A stretch of DNA of 32,258 nt from Candidatus Methylomirabilis sp. (GTDB taxonomy: Bacteria; Patescibacteriota; Patescibacteriia; DYHP01): contig DYHP01000004.1 of the NCBI GenBank assembly GCA_020724105.1, positions 1 through 32,258 of the forward strand, written 5' to 3'. The first letter of the stretch is position 1; each line of letters starts with the position of its first letter. A program made the position numbers and the translations under genes. Positions 22,410-31,367 of the stretch are shown here, one piece after another. The notes under the pieces are model-generated. The model saw nothing but the letters and a program-made list of their open reading frames with translations. It searched no databases and was not told where the DNA came from.

Positions 22410-22440
22410 TGGTGGGAGGGCAAGGTTGAGCTATGGGCGG
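22410..22440 (-). repeat. Duplicated 16-nt 5' end of tRNA-Lys fused to a CCCTCCCACCA motif
   Basis: 22425-22440 is identical to 22385-22400. The minus-strand read is CCGCCCATAGCTCAAC-cttg-CCCTCCCACCA. The same architecture occurs at 12796-12846. Confidence 0.7.
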
Positions 22441-22450
22441 GCAAACAAAA

Positions 22451-22527
22451 ATCCTATAAGTCCTATAGGACCTATAAGTCCTATGTGTCCTATAAGTCCT
22501 ATAAGTCCTATAGGACTTATAGGCCCG
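22451..22527. repeat. Tandem array of about 8 units of the 9-mer TCCTATAAG/TCCTATAGG
   Basis: TCCTATAAG TCCTATAGG ACCTATAAG TCCTATGTG TCCTATAAG TCCTATAAG TCCTATAGG ACTTATAGG. It contains the perfect 24-bp palindrome CTATAAGTCCTATAGGACTTATAG and overlaps the rpoC stop codon. Confidence 0.9.
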
Positions 22528-25500
22528 ATTTATAACCGGTTCCGGTCGGAATCAATCTGCCGATGATGACATTTTCCTTCAAACCTTCAAGTTTGTCAAG
22601 GCGGCCGGTTGTCGCGGCGTTAATCAAAACGCGGGCGGTTTCCTGGAACGAAGCAGCTGATAAAAAGCTCATTGACGAGAGCGAAACGCGACTGATGCCC
22701 ATAAACAAATCCTTGGATGTCGCCTTTTTACCGCCGCTTTTCGCCATTTTCTCGTTCTCTTCTTCATAATACCAGCGCTCGACAATCTCGCCGGGCAACA
22801 TTTCAGTATCTCCCGGATCCTCAATTAACACGCGGGAAAACATTTGTTTTATGATTACCTCGATATGCTTGTCGTTTAATCTCTGACCTTGTGAACAATA
22901 AATTTTTTGGATGTTTTGGAGAATATAGCGTTGCGTCGCTTCCTTGCTTTTGAAATGATAGAGTTCTTGCAAATCCAAACTGCCTTCGGTCAAGGGATCG
23001 CCGGCCGTAACATATTCGCCATCCTTGACATGCAAGACATAGCCGGCCGGAATGATAAATTCCTTGACGATTTTCCCCTGCCAAGTCACTTTGACGATTT
23101 TGTCGCTTAGGGAGACCGCGCCCGATTTTTTGGCAACGACAAACTTACCATCTTCGCGCTCGATTAAAACCTCACCTTCCTTGATTTTCCCGCCGTCTTT
23201 TGCTCTGACTTTGTCTTTTGCGCCGAAGCGGTACGAAAATTCTTCGCTTCCTTCTTTTGACACTTCAACGATTCTCTGGGTTAAAACCGTACCCTTGTGA
23301 GCCTTGTCAATGTCTTTCACCTTGACTTCGCCGTCCGTGTCCGCGGTTATGGCGCGGTTTTTCGGCGGACGCGCTTCAAAAAGTTCTTCAACGCGAGGCA
23401 AACCTTGGGTAATGTCGAGCCCGGCCACGCCGCCGGTATGAAACGTTCTCATGGTAAGCTGAGTGCCTGGCTCGCCGATTGATTGGGCGGCGATAATGCC
23501 GACTGGCGCGCCTTCTTTGACAATCTGGTTATAAGCCAAATCATGGCCGTAGCATTTGGCGCAAACGCCTTTTTGGGATTTACAGCTTAAAACGCTCCTG
23601 ACTTTAGATTCTTTAATCTTGTGAGCGGCGAGTTCGCGGGCGATTTTGTGAGTAATCAACTCCCCCTTTTTCAACAATATTTTATTATTAACATCTTTCA
23701 GGTCTTGGGCTAAGAATCTGCCGACGAGCCTCTCAAAAAAACTCATGCCCAAATCGTTACTTTCTTCGGCGGTAATGAATATGCCGTCAGACGTCCCGCA
23801 ATCGTCCATTCTGATAATTATATCCTGTGAAACATCAACCAAACGCCTGGTTAAATAACCGGATGAAGCAGTGCGGACTGCGGTATCCGCCAAGCCTTTT
23901 CTCGTGCCGTGAGTTGAAATGAAATATTCCAAAACATCCAACCCTTCCTTAAAACTACGCTTGACCGGCAACTCAATAACGTTGCCGGCGGGATTAACCA
24001 CCAAACCCTTCATGCCCATCATCTGGGTGAGCTGCCCCCAGCTGCCGCGCGCCCCGGAATCAATCATGCTGTAGACCGAACCGCCTTTGTCCAATTTTTC
24101 CTTGCAGAGCTGGGTTATTCTGTCTTTGGTGGCGTCCCAAATGCCGATGATTTTGCTGTACTTTTCCTTAAAAGTCAAAAGCCCTTCCTCGTAAAGCGAC
24201 TCAATCCCGGCCACTTGTTTGTTGGCTTCTGTTATTAATTCGTTCTTTTCGGGCAAATCGGGAACCTCTTCCAAACTCCAGGTGTAACCAGATTTGGTGA
24301 TGTAGTAAAAGCCCGTTTCCTTGATGTCGTCCAAAATCTTAGCCGTCGCTTCGGGACCGTAAAATTCAAGACACATCCTGATGATTTCGCCTAACTTTTT
24401 GACATTTAGCGCCTCATTTTTGAAAGGTATTTCGGCCGGCAATCTTTGCCAGAAAATAACGCGGCCGACCGTGGTGTCCGTAATTTTCCCCCTGAATCTC
24501 ACTTTTATCGGTTCGTGCAAGGTAATTTTGCCAAGTTCATAAACCATTAGCGCCTCTTTCTCGTCGGCAAATGATTTGGGCTTGTCGCGATTTTTGCCCC
24601 ATGCTCCCAAAGTCAAAAAGTAACAGCCCCAGGCAATGTCTTTGTTTGGCGTGGCAATAGGCTGGCCCGTGCCCGGCTTTAACAAATTGCGGACGGAAAG
24701 CATGCGTTCGGCGGCCTCTTTATTGGCTTCCTCGGTGAGAGGAACGTGAACAGCCATCTGATCGCCGTCAAAGTCCGCGTTATAAGCAACGCAGACCATC
24801 GGATGGATTTGAATCGCTTTGCCTTCCACAAGCACCGGCTGAAAGGCCTGGATGCCCAAACGATGGAGCGTCGGGGCGCGATTGAGCATCACGTAGGCGT
24901 TCTTGATAATGTCTTCCAAAATATCCCAAACCTCCGGTCTGTCGCTTTCAATGAAACGATTGGCGCTTTTAATGTTGTGGACGAAGTCGGCGAGGATTAA
25001 TTTACTGATAAGAAAAGGCCTGAAAAGCTCAAGCGCCATTCTTTTCGGCAGACCGCATTGGTGCATTTTGAGACTAGGATTGACGACAATGACGCTGCGA
25101 CCGGAGTAATCAACCCGTTTGCCCAAAAGATTTTGGCGGAAACGGCCCTGCTTGCCTTTCAAGATGTCGGCGAGCGACCTTAATTCGTGTTTCGCTCCCG
25201 CGCCTGCCGCTCCTTTGGTTTGGCGGGCGCTGTTGTCAATTAAAGCGTCAACCGCCTCCTGCATCATTCTTCTTTCGTTTCGGCAAATAACCTCTGGCGC
25301 GTTCAACTCCGTCAATCTTTTCAAACGATTGTTTCTGTTTATAATGCGGCGGTATAAATCGTTTAAATCAGAAGTGGCGTAACGTCCGCCGTCAAGCGCC
25401 ACCATGGGCCTTAAATCCGGCGGAATGACGGGCACATTCTTCAAAATCATCCATTCGGGCCTGATGTTTTGTTTTTTTAAACTCTTTAAAAGTTTCAGGC

Positions 25501-26377
25501 GGCGAATAATTTTGTGGCAGCGGGAACCGGTTGATTCTTTTAGTTCCTCTTCCAATTCCGGAATAATTTTGGCGAAATCAATTTTCTTAAGCAACCTTTC
25601 AATCGCCGACGCGCCGATGTCGGCGTCAAAAATATGGCCGTATCTTAAAGACAATTCATAATAGGCATTTTCACTTAAAATCGCTTTTATTACCAAGTTC
25701 TTCAGTTCTCTTTCGGTTGCTTTGTAATCATCCTCGAGTTTTTGTATTTTTCCGAGTTGCGTGACGGCGATTTCTTTCGCTTTTTCCGGCATTTGTTTTA
25801 AATTTTCCGAAGTGACATAAGACGGGATTACCACCTCACTCATTCCCCGCTTCTCCAGCGTTTGTTTCAGTTCGGCGATGACGCCTTTTTGCTTTGCTCT
25901 GTATTCTTTTTTCAAATTATCAAGCATTTCGTTTTTCGCTTCTTCGTCTACGTCCGTAACGATAAAATCAGCGAAATAAAGAACTTTTTCAAGCGATTGG
26001 ATTGAAATATCCAAGCACAAGCCGATGCGCGACGGAACGCTGCGCAAAAACCAAATATGGGAAACCGGCGACGCCAATTCTATATGACCCATTCTTTCGC
26101 GCCTGACCAGCGCCTGAGCGACCTCCACGCCGCACTTATCGCAAATGATTCCCTTGTATTTTATTTTTTTATACTTGCCGCAATAACATTCCCAATCTTT
26201 GGTCGGACCGAAAATGCGTTCGTCAAAAAGGCCGTCCTTTTCGGGTTTCTGGGTTCGATAATTAATGGTTTCGGGTTTCGTAATTTCGCCGTAAGACCAG
26301 CTTAAAATCGTTTCGGGCGAAGCGATTTTTAGCCTCAAGGCGTCAAAATCGTTTATTTGGGAAAGATTTATAGACAT
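22517..26377 (-). CDS. rpoC: DNA-directed RNA polymerase subunit beta'
   Basis: 1286 aa with a zinc-binding CYCGKYK..CDKCGVE motif and the NADFDGD catalytic motif. Confidence 0.97.
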   Translation of the reverse strand: MSINLSQINDFDALRLKIASPETILSWSYGEITKPETINYRTQKPEKDGLFDERIFGPTKDWECYCGKYKKIKYKGIICDKCGVEVAQALVRRERMGHIELASPVSHIWFLRSVPSRIGLCLDISIQSLEKVLYFADFIVTDVDEEAKNEMLDNLKKEYRAKQKGVIAELKQTLEKRGMSEVVIPSYVTSENLKQMPEKAKEIAVTQLGKIQKLEDDYKATERELKNLVIKAILSENAYYELSLRYGHIFDADIGASAIERLLKKIDFAKIIPELEEELKESTGSRCHKIIRRLKLLKSLKKQNIRPEWMILKNVPVIPPDLRPMVALDGGRYATSDLNDLYRRIINRNNRLKRLTELNAPEVICRNERRMMQEAVDALIDNSARQTKGAAGAGAKHELRSLADILKGKQGRFRQNLLGKRVDYSGRSVIVVNPSLKMHQCGLPKRMALELFRPFLISKLILADFVHNIKSANRFIESDRPEVWDILEDIIKNAYVMLNRAPTLHRLGIQAFQPVLVEGKAIQIHPMVCVAYNADFDGDQMAVHVPLTEEANKEAAERMLSVRNLLKPGTGQPIATPNKDIAWGCYFLTLGAWGKNRDKPKSFADEKEALMVYELGKITLHEPIKVRFRGKITDTTVGRVIFWQRLPAEIPFKNEALNVKKLGEIIRMCLEFYGPEATAKILDDIKETGFYYITKSGYTWSLEEVPDLPEKNELITEANKQVAGIESLYEEGLLTFKEKYSKIIGIWDATKDRITQLCKEKLDKGGSVYSMIDSGARGSWGQLTQMMGMKGLVVNPAGNVIELPVKRSFKEGLDVLEYFISTHGTRKGLADTAVRTASSGYLTRRLVDVSQDIIIRMDDCGTSDGIFITAEESNDLGMSFFERLVGRFLAQDLKDVNNKILLKKGELITHKIARELAAHKIKESKVRSVLSCKSQKGVCAKCYGHDLAYNQIVKEGAPVGIIAAQSIGEPGTQLTMRTFHTGGVAGLDITQGLPRVEELFEARPPKNRAITADTDGEVKVKDIDKAHKGTVLTQRIVEVSKEGSEEFSYRFGAKDKVRAKDGGKIKEGEVLIEREDGKFVVAKKSGAVSLSDKIVKVTWQGKIVKEFIIPAGYVLHVKDGEYVTAGDPLTEGSLDLQELYHFKSKEATQRYILQNIQKIYCSQGQRLNDKHIEVIIKQMFSRVLIEDPGDTEMLPGEIVERWYYEEENEKMAKSGGKKATSKDLFMGISRVSLSSMSFLSAASFQETARVLINAATTGRLDKLEGLKENVIIGRLIPTGTGYKSGL

Positions 26378-26575
26378 ATTCGCTCACGCTCAAAATTAAA
26401 AATTAAAAATCAAATATCAAAAATAAATTTTAAATTTTTAATTTTAAATTTTTATTGAATTTTCAATTTCAAATTTCAAAACGGTTTTAAATGTTTAAAA
26501 ATTAAGTAAATAAAAATTGTTTAAAAATTTTAAATTATAAATTAAAAATTGGAAGATGGTTTTTTGGTTTTTAGT
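26378..26575. repeat. 198-bp extremely AT-rich spacer built from AAAATTA-type heptamers and inverted copies
   Basis: AAAATTAAAAATTAAAAATCAAATATCAAAAATAAATTTTAAATTTTTAATTTTAAATTTTT... lies between the rpoB stop and the rpoC start. Confidence 0.8.
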
Positions 26576-29500
26576 TTATTTTTTAATCTTACTGACATTT
26601 TTCTCCCTGATGAATTTTGATTTAGATTTATCGTCAACGCCGATGATTTGGCCGTCTTTAAACACCTCCACGTCCAAACCCAGACCTTTCAATTCTCTTA
26701 CCAAAACGTTAAACGATTCGGGAATGTTCACCTTTTCTATCGGCAAACCCTTAATGATTGACTCGTACGCTTTGCGGCGGCCCGGCACGTCGTCGGATTT
26801 AATCGTCAGCATTTCCTGCAAGGTGTGCGCCGCGCCGTACGCTTCAAGCGCCCAAACTTCCATTTCGCCCAAGCGCTGGCCGCCGAATTGCGCTTTACCG
26901 CCCAATGGTTGCTGGGTGATAAGGGAATAGGGACCGATTGAACGCTGGTGAATTTTGTCTTCAACCATGTGATTCAATTTCATCATATAAATGTAACCCA
27001 CGGCGACTTTTTGGATGTATGCTTCGCCGGTTCTCCCGTCGTAAAGCATGGTTTTGCTGTCCGGCGAAAAGCCGGCGCGCGCAAGCTCATTTTTCACGAC
27101 CGAAGTCGGTATGCCGTCAAGCGCCGGCGTGGCCACGTGATAGCCGAAATGGTTTGCCGCCAGACCGAAACTGGTTTCAAGAATCTGCCCCAAATTCATA
27201 CGAGAGGCGACGCCTAAAGGAGAAAGAATAATGTCAACCGGCGTGCCGTCGGGCAAAAACGGCATGTCTTCAACCGGAACAATTTTGGAAATTACGCCTT
27301 TATTGCCGTGGCGCCCCGCAACTTTGTCGCCGACCTGAATTTTTCTTAAATCCGCAACCGAAACCTGAATCATTTTAATTACGCCCGGATTCAATTTGTC
27401 GCCCTTGTCGCGCGAAAACATTTTTACGTCTATGACTTTTCCGTGCTCGCCATGTTCAAGATAAAGCGACGTGTCGCGGACGTCGCGCGCTTTTTCGCCG
27501 AAAATAGCCCTCAACAATCTCTCTTCCGGCGACAATTCCGTTTCGCCTTTTGGCGTGATTTTGCCCGTCAGAATATCGCCCGAGTAAACTTCGGCGCCGA
27601 TGCGCACCACGCCGTCGGCGTCAAGATTTTTAAGTTTTTCTTCACTGACATTGGGAATGTCCGGCGTCACAAGTTCAGGACCGAGTTTTGTGTCGCGAAC
27701 TTCAATCTGGTAATTTTCAATGTGAATTGAAGTGAATCTGTCGTCGTGCACCAAGCGCTCGGAAAGAATAATCGCATCCTCGTAATTGTAGCCGTCCCAA
27801 GACATAAAAGCCACTAAAAGATTGGTGCCCAAAGACATTTCGCTATCTCTGATAGCCGGACCGTCGGTGAGGGGTTGGCCGGCTTTAACTTTGTCTTCTA
27901 AATTCACAATCGGGTGCTGGTCAAGACAAGTTAAGGCATTTGAACGGGCAAACTTGTTAAGGAGATAAGTCGCGACATTGCCTTTTTTGTCAATAATTTC
28001 TATGCGGGAACCGTCGATTTTGGTCACAACGCCGTCCGCTTTGGACAAAACAATGTGGCCGGAATTTATTGCCGCCTCTTTTTCAACGCCCGTGCCCACC
28101 AAAGGCGGCTCGGGTTTGACGAGCGGGACCGCCTGTCTCTGCATATTGGTGCCCATCAGGGCTCTGGCGCCGTCATCGTGTTCCAAAAATGGAATCATGG
28201 AGGTGGCAATGCTGATAATCTGCCTTGAGGAAACGTCCATAAAATCGATTTTTGCCGCATCTTCCACCGCCGGTTCGCCAAACTTGCGCACCGGAGCGTT
28301 TTCCGCCTTAAAATAACCATTCTCATCAATCGGCGTTGTGGCAGCAGTAGTAATTACTTTTTCTTCGGCAAAAGCGTTAAGAAACACGATTTCATTGGTC
28401 ACTCTCGATTTGATGGGAATCGTCGCAAGAGATAATTTAGCCAACTCCAACGCCAAATTTTTGGTGATTTTTTCACCTTTTTTAGCGATTTCCTTTTTAG
28501 ATTTAGAGTCGATGACGTCTTCCCTTAAAATTTCGCCCATTGTGATACTGGCTTTATTCGGAACATCGTGAATAACGCGCCTGTAAGGCGTTTCAATGAA
28601 ACCGTACTCATTTAGGCGGGCGTAACAAGACAAATGACCCACCAGACCGATGTTGGGACCCTCGGGCGTGGCAATAGGGCAAATTCTTCCGTAATGAGTT
28701 CTATGGACATCGCGGACGTCAAAGCCGGCGCGTTCGCGCGAAAGACCGCCCGGACCCATGGCCGAGAGCCTGCGTTTGTGCTCCAGTTCGGCAATCGGAT
28801 TTATTTGGTCCATGAATTGCGACAATTGGGAAGACATGAAAAATTCGCGAACCACCGCGATGATCGGCCGCGCGTTAATCAATTTGCCCGGCGTCATTGC
28901 CGTAATTTCCATCGTGCTCATCCTGTCTTTGATGTTGCGTTCCAGTCGGCTAAGGCCGACTCTGAAACGATTTTGCAGTAATTCGCCGATTGCCCTGATG
29001 CGTCTGTTGCCCAAGTGGTCAACATCGTCGGCTTCGGTTTGGTTTATTTGAAGTTTAATCAATTCCTTAAGTATCAAAACCAAATCCTCTTTTCTTAAAA
29101 TCCTTTCCTCGGGCAAATGAAGTTTATCAACTTCGCAGACAAGACCGAAACGTTGGCAGAATTTGTATCTGCCCACTTCGCCCAAATCATATCTGTCAAA
29201 ATTGAAAAACATCGAATAAATAAGCGATTTGGCGTTGTCCGCGGTTGCCAAGTCCCCGGGACGCAACCGCCTATAAACCTCTATCAAGCCCTCCTCGTGC
29301 GTTTTCGACGGGTCTTTGGCAAGGGTAGCGGAAATAAATTTGATATCCGGCGAGATATCAACTTCCTTGAACAAAGCCAAAATTTCTTCATCGGTTCCGT
29401 AACCGAAGGCGCGGAGCAGCGAACTAGCGGAAACTTTGCGCTTTCTGTCGATTTTAATCCAGAGAGCGCCGAATTGGTCCACCTCAAGTTCGAGCCAAGC

Positions 29501-30007
29501 GCCGCGGTTGGGTATTACTTTAGCGCTATACCAATTTTTTCCTCTTATAAATTCCGAACTAAAAAATACCCCAGCCGAACGAATCATTTGGGATACGGTA
29601 ACGCGCTCAATGCCGTTGATAATAAAAGTGCCTCTCTCCGTCATGAGAGGAATATCGCCCAAAAAAACTTCTTGCTCCTTCGTTTCTTTCAATCTTTTGT
29701 TCACGAGCCTGACTTTTACGCGAAGCGGGGCGTCGTAGGTGGTATTTTTTTCTTTCGCGGTAACCTCGTCAAACCTCGGCTCGTCCAAATAATAATCCAA
29801 AAAATATATTTCCAAATCGCGGCCGATAAAATCGCGAATCGGGGAAATTTCGCTAAAAAGGTCCTTTAAACCCTTTTCTACGAACCACTTGAAAGAATTG
29901 GTCTGAATCCGGACCAAATTATCAAGCGGCAAAGCGTCGGGCGCCTTGCCGAAAGTTAAACGCTCGACGCTTTTTGACGGCTTGCGGCGAAATGAAGAAG
30001 GAAGCAT
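26576..30007 (-). CDS. rpoB: DNA-directed RNA polymerase subunit beta
   Basis: 1143 aa with canonical beta-subunit blocks (GRHGNKGVISKI, FGGQRLGEMEVWALEAYGAA). Confidence 0.97.
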   Translation of the reverse strand: MLPSSFRRKPSKSVERLTFGKAPDALPLDNLVRIQTNSFKWFVEKGLKDLFSEISPIRDFIGRDLEIYFLDYYLDEPRFDEVTAKEKNTTYDAPLRVKVRLVNKRLKETKEQEVFLGDIPLMTERGTFIINGIERVTVSQMIRSAGVFFSSEFIRGKNWYSAKVIPNRGAWLELEVDQFGALWIKIDRKRKVSASSLLRAFGYGTDEEILALFKEVDISPDIKFISATLAKDPSKTHEEGLIEVYRRLRPGDLATADNAKSLIYSMFFNFDRYDLGEVGRYKFCQRFGLVCEVDKLHLPEERILRKEDLVLILKELIKLQINQTEADDVDHLGNRRIRAIGELLQNRFRVGLSRLERNIKDRMSTMEITAMTPGKLINARPIIAVVREFFMSSQLSQFMDQINPIAELEHKRRLSAMGPGGLSRERAGFDVRDVHRTHYGRICPIATPEGPNIGLVGHLSCYARLNEYGFIETPYRRVIHDVPNKASITMGEILREDVIDSKSKKEIAKKGEKITKNLALELAKLSLATIPIKSRVTNEIVFLNAFAEEKVITTAATTPIDENGYFKAENAPVRKFGEPAVEDAAKIDFMDVSSRQIISIATSMIPFLEHDDGARALMGTNMQRQAVPLVKPEPPLVGTGVEKEAAINSGHIVLSKADGVVTKIDGSRIEIIDKKGNVATYLLNKFARSNALTCLDQHPIVNLEDKVKAGQPLTDGPAIRDSEMSLGTNLLVAFMSWDGYNYEDAIILSERLVHDDRFTSIHIENYQIEVRDTKLGPELVTPDIPNVSEEKLKNLDADGVVRIGAEVYSGDILTGKITPKGETELSPEERLLRAIFGEKARDVRDTSLYLEHGEHGKVIDVKMFSRDKGDKLNPGVIKMIQVSVADLRKIQVGDKVAGRHGNKGVISKIVPVEDMPFLPDGTPVDIILSPLGVASRMNLGQILETSFGLAANHFGYHVATPALDGIPTSVVKNELARAGFSPDSKTMLYDGRTGEAYIQKVAVGYIYMMKLNHMVEDKIHQRSIGPYSLITQQPLGGKAQFGGQRLGEMEVWALEAYGAAHTLQEMLTIKSDDVPGRRKAYESIIKGLPIEKVNIPESFNVLVRELKGLGLDVEVFKDGQIIGVDDKSKSKFIREKNVSKIKK

Positions 30008-30225
30008 AATTTTGTAATCCCTAATCCTTGACTATTAATCTTTGACTTTTGAAAATTTAAATTTAGACAAAAAGAGACTCTGCCATTCTATAGAAGGTTT
30101 TTGTTTAAAATATGTCTTGTTTTAGCGGAAAAATGCTGGGCGCATGAAGTCAATTTGTATAATATAGATGCGTCTTATTAAGTGTAGCACAAAAGCCCTT
30201 CCCCTGTCAATACCTTGACGGAGGA

Positions 30226-30250
30226 AAATCCGAAATCCGAAATCCGAAAT
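30226..30250. repeat. AATCCGA heptamer x3, trpS-rpoB spacer
   Basis: AAATCCGAAATCCGAAATCCGAAAT. The same word in reverse complement (TCGGATTTCGGA) occurs inside the argS insert at 15958-15969. Confidence 0.75.
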
Positions 30251-30296
30251 TTTTAAAATTGAAAAGCGGGACTGATTCGGGATTGGGGATTGGTTA

Positions 30297-31310
30297 TTAT
30301 TTTCTCAACCCAACCAATCTTTTCACCTCTCCAAGCGTTTTCGAAGCGATTTTTTGCGCCTTTTTTGAACCCTGTGAATAAGCCGCCGAAATTTTCTCCG
30401 AATTTTTGAGCAACGCCTCCTTCTTTTTTCTAAAATCGGAAAAGTAATCAGTGATTCTTTTTGCCAAGACCTCTTTCAGTTCGGCATATTTTATCGCGCC
30501 CGCGCGATAATCATCAAGAAATTTTTTTACATCCTTTGCGTCTCCAAAATTTTCCAAAAGCAAAAATAAATTTGAAACCCCGGGACTCATTACTGGTTGT
30601 TGGTTGTTAGTCGTTAGTTTTTGATTTTTGGCGGGACCGACGTCCGTCACCGCCTTTTTTATTTTTCTTTCTATCTCCGCGGGGGAATCCGACAAAAATA
30701 TGCAGTGGTCCGCGCCCAAACTTTTGCTCATCTTTTTATCCGGTTTGAGCAAACTCATTATCTTCGGCGTCTGCGTCAAAATCGCTTTGGGTATTTTAAA
30801 ATATTCTCCAAATCTATTATTGAAAAATTTTGCCGCGTCGCTTGCAAGTTCTACATGTTGAACTTGATCTTTGCCCACAGGAACCGCCTCGCCGCGATAA
30901 ATTAAAATATCCGCCGCCTGCAAAACCGGGTAAGTGAACAAACCCGCATTGACATTTTGCGACTGCCTTTGCGACTTGTCTTTATACTGCGTCATCCGCT
31001 CCAAAAAACTTATCGGCGTAATGCAATTGAAAATCCAGGCGAGTTCCGTAACTTGCGGCACTTGCGATTGGATGAATAAAATGGACTTTCCCGGGTCAAG
31101 CCCCAGGGCTAAAAGTTCGGCGCTGATTTCTAAGATTTGATTGTATTTTTCTTTGGGCTCAAAATTTTCCGTCAGCGAATGGTAATCGGCGATAAAGAAA
31201 AAGCATTCGTTATTTTTGTTTCTTTGAAGTTCAAGCCAATTCTTGACGGCCCCTAAATAATTACCTAAGTGCAAAGGGCCTGTGGGCTGGATGCCGGATA
31301 TAATACGCAT
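30297..31310 (-). CDS. trpS: Tryptophan--tRNA ligase
   Basis: MRIISGIQPTGPLHLGNYLGA (HIGH-type) and KMSKS motifs. Short low-complexity insert TTNNQQP at 30591-30630. Confidence 0.92.
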   Translation of the reverse strand: MRIISGIQPTGPLHLGNYLGAVKNWLELQRNKNNECFFFIADYHSLTENFEPKEKYNQILEISAELLALGLDPGKSILFIQSQVPQVTELAWIFNCITPISFLERMTQYKDKSQRQSQNVNAGLFTYPVLQAADILIYRGEAVPVGKDQVQHVELASDAAKFFNNRFGEYFKIPKAILTQTPKIMSLLKPDKKMSKSLGADHCIFLSDSPAEIERKIKKAVTDVGPAKNQKLTTNNQQPVMSPGVSNLFLLLENFGDAKDVKKFLDDYRAGAIKYAELKEVLAKRITDYFSDFRKKKEALLKNSEKISAAYSQGSKKAQKIASKTLGEVKRLVGLRK

Positions 31311-31319
31311 AAAATTAAG

Positions 31320-31364
31320 ATAAGTCCTATAAGTCTCCTATAAGTCCTATAGGTCTTATAGGTT
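31320..31364. repeat. 9-mer family, rnj-trpS spacer
   Basis: ATAAGTCCTATAAGTCTCCTATAAGTCCTATAGGTCTTATAGGTT. Confidence 0.8.
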
Positions 31365-31367
31365 AAA

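Noticed and set aside
29117-29869. 250-aa + strand ORF inside rpoB, plus other antisense ORFs in rpoB, rpoC and the lon-like gene
   Set aside because: They lie fully within highly conserved genes on the opposite strand and show no recognisable motifs.
30155-30163. + strand extended -10 (TGTATAAT) in the trpS-rpoB spacer
   Set aside because: There is no + strand gene downstream. The plausible rpoB promoter is on the minus strand (TTGACA 30210-30205, 18-nt spacer, TACACT 30186-30181), and even that is low confidence.
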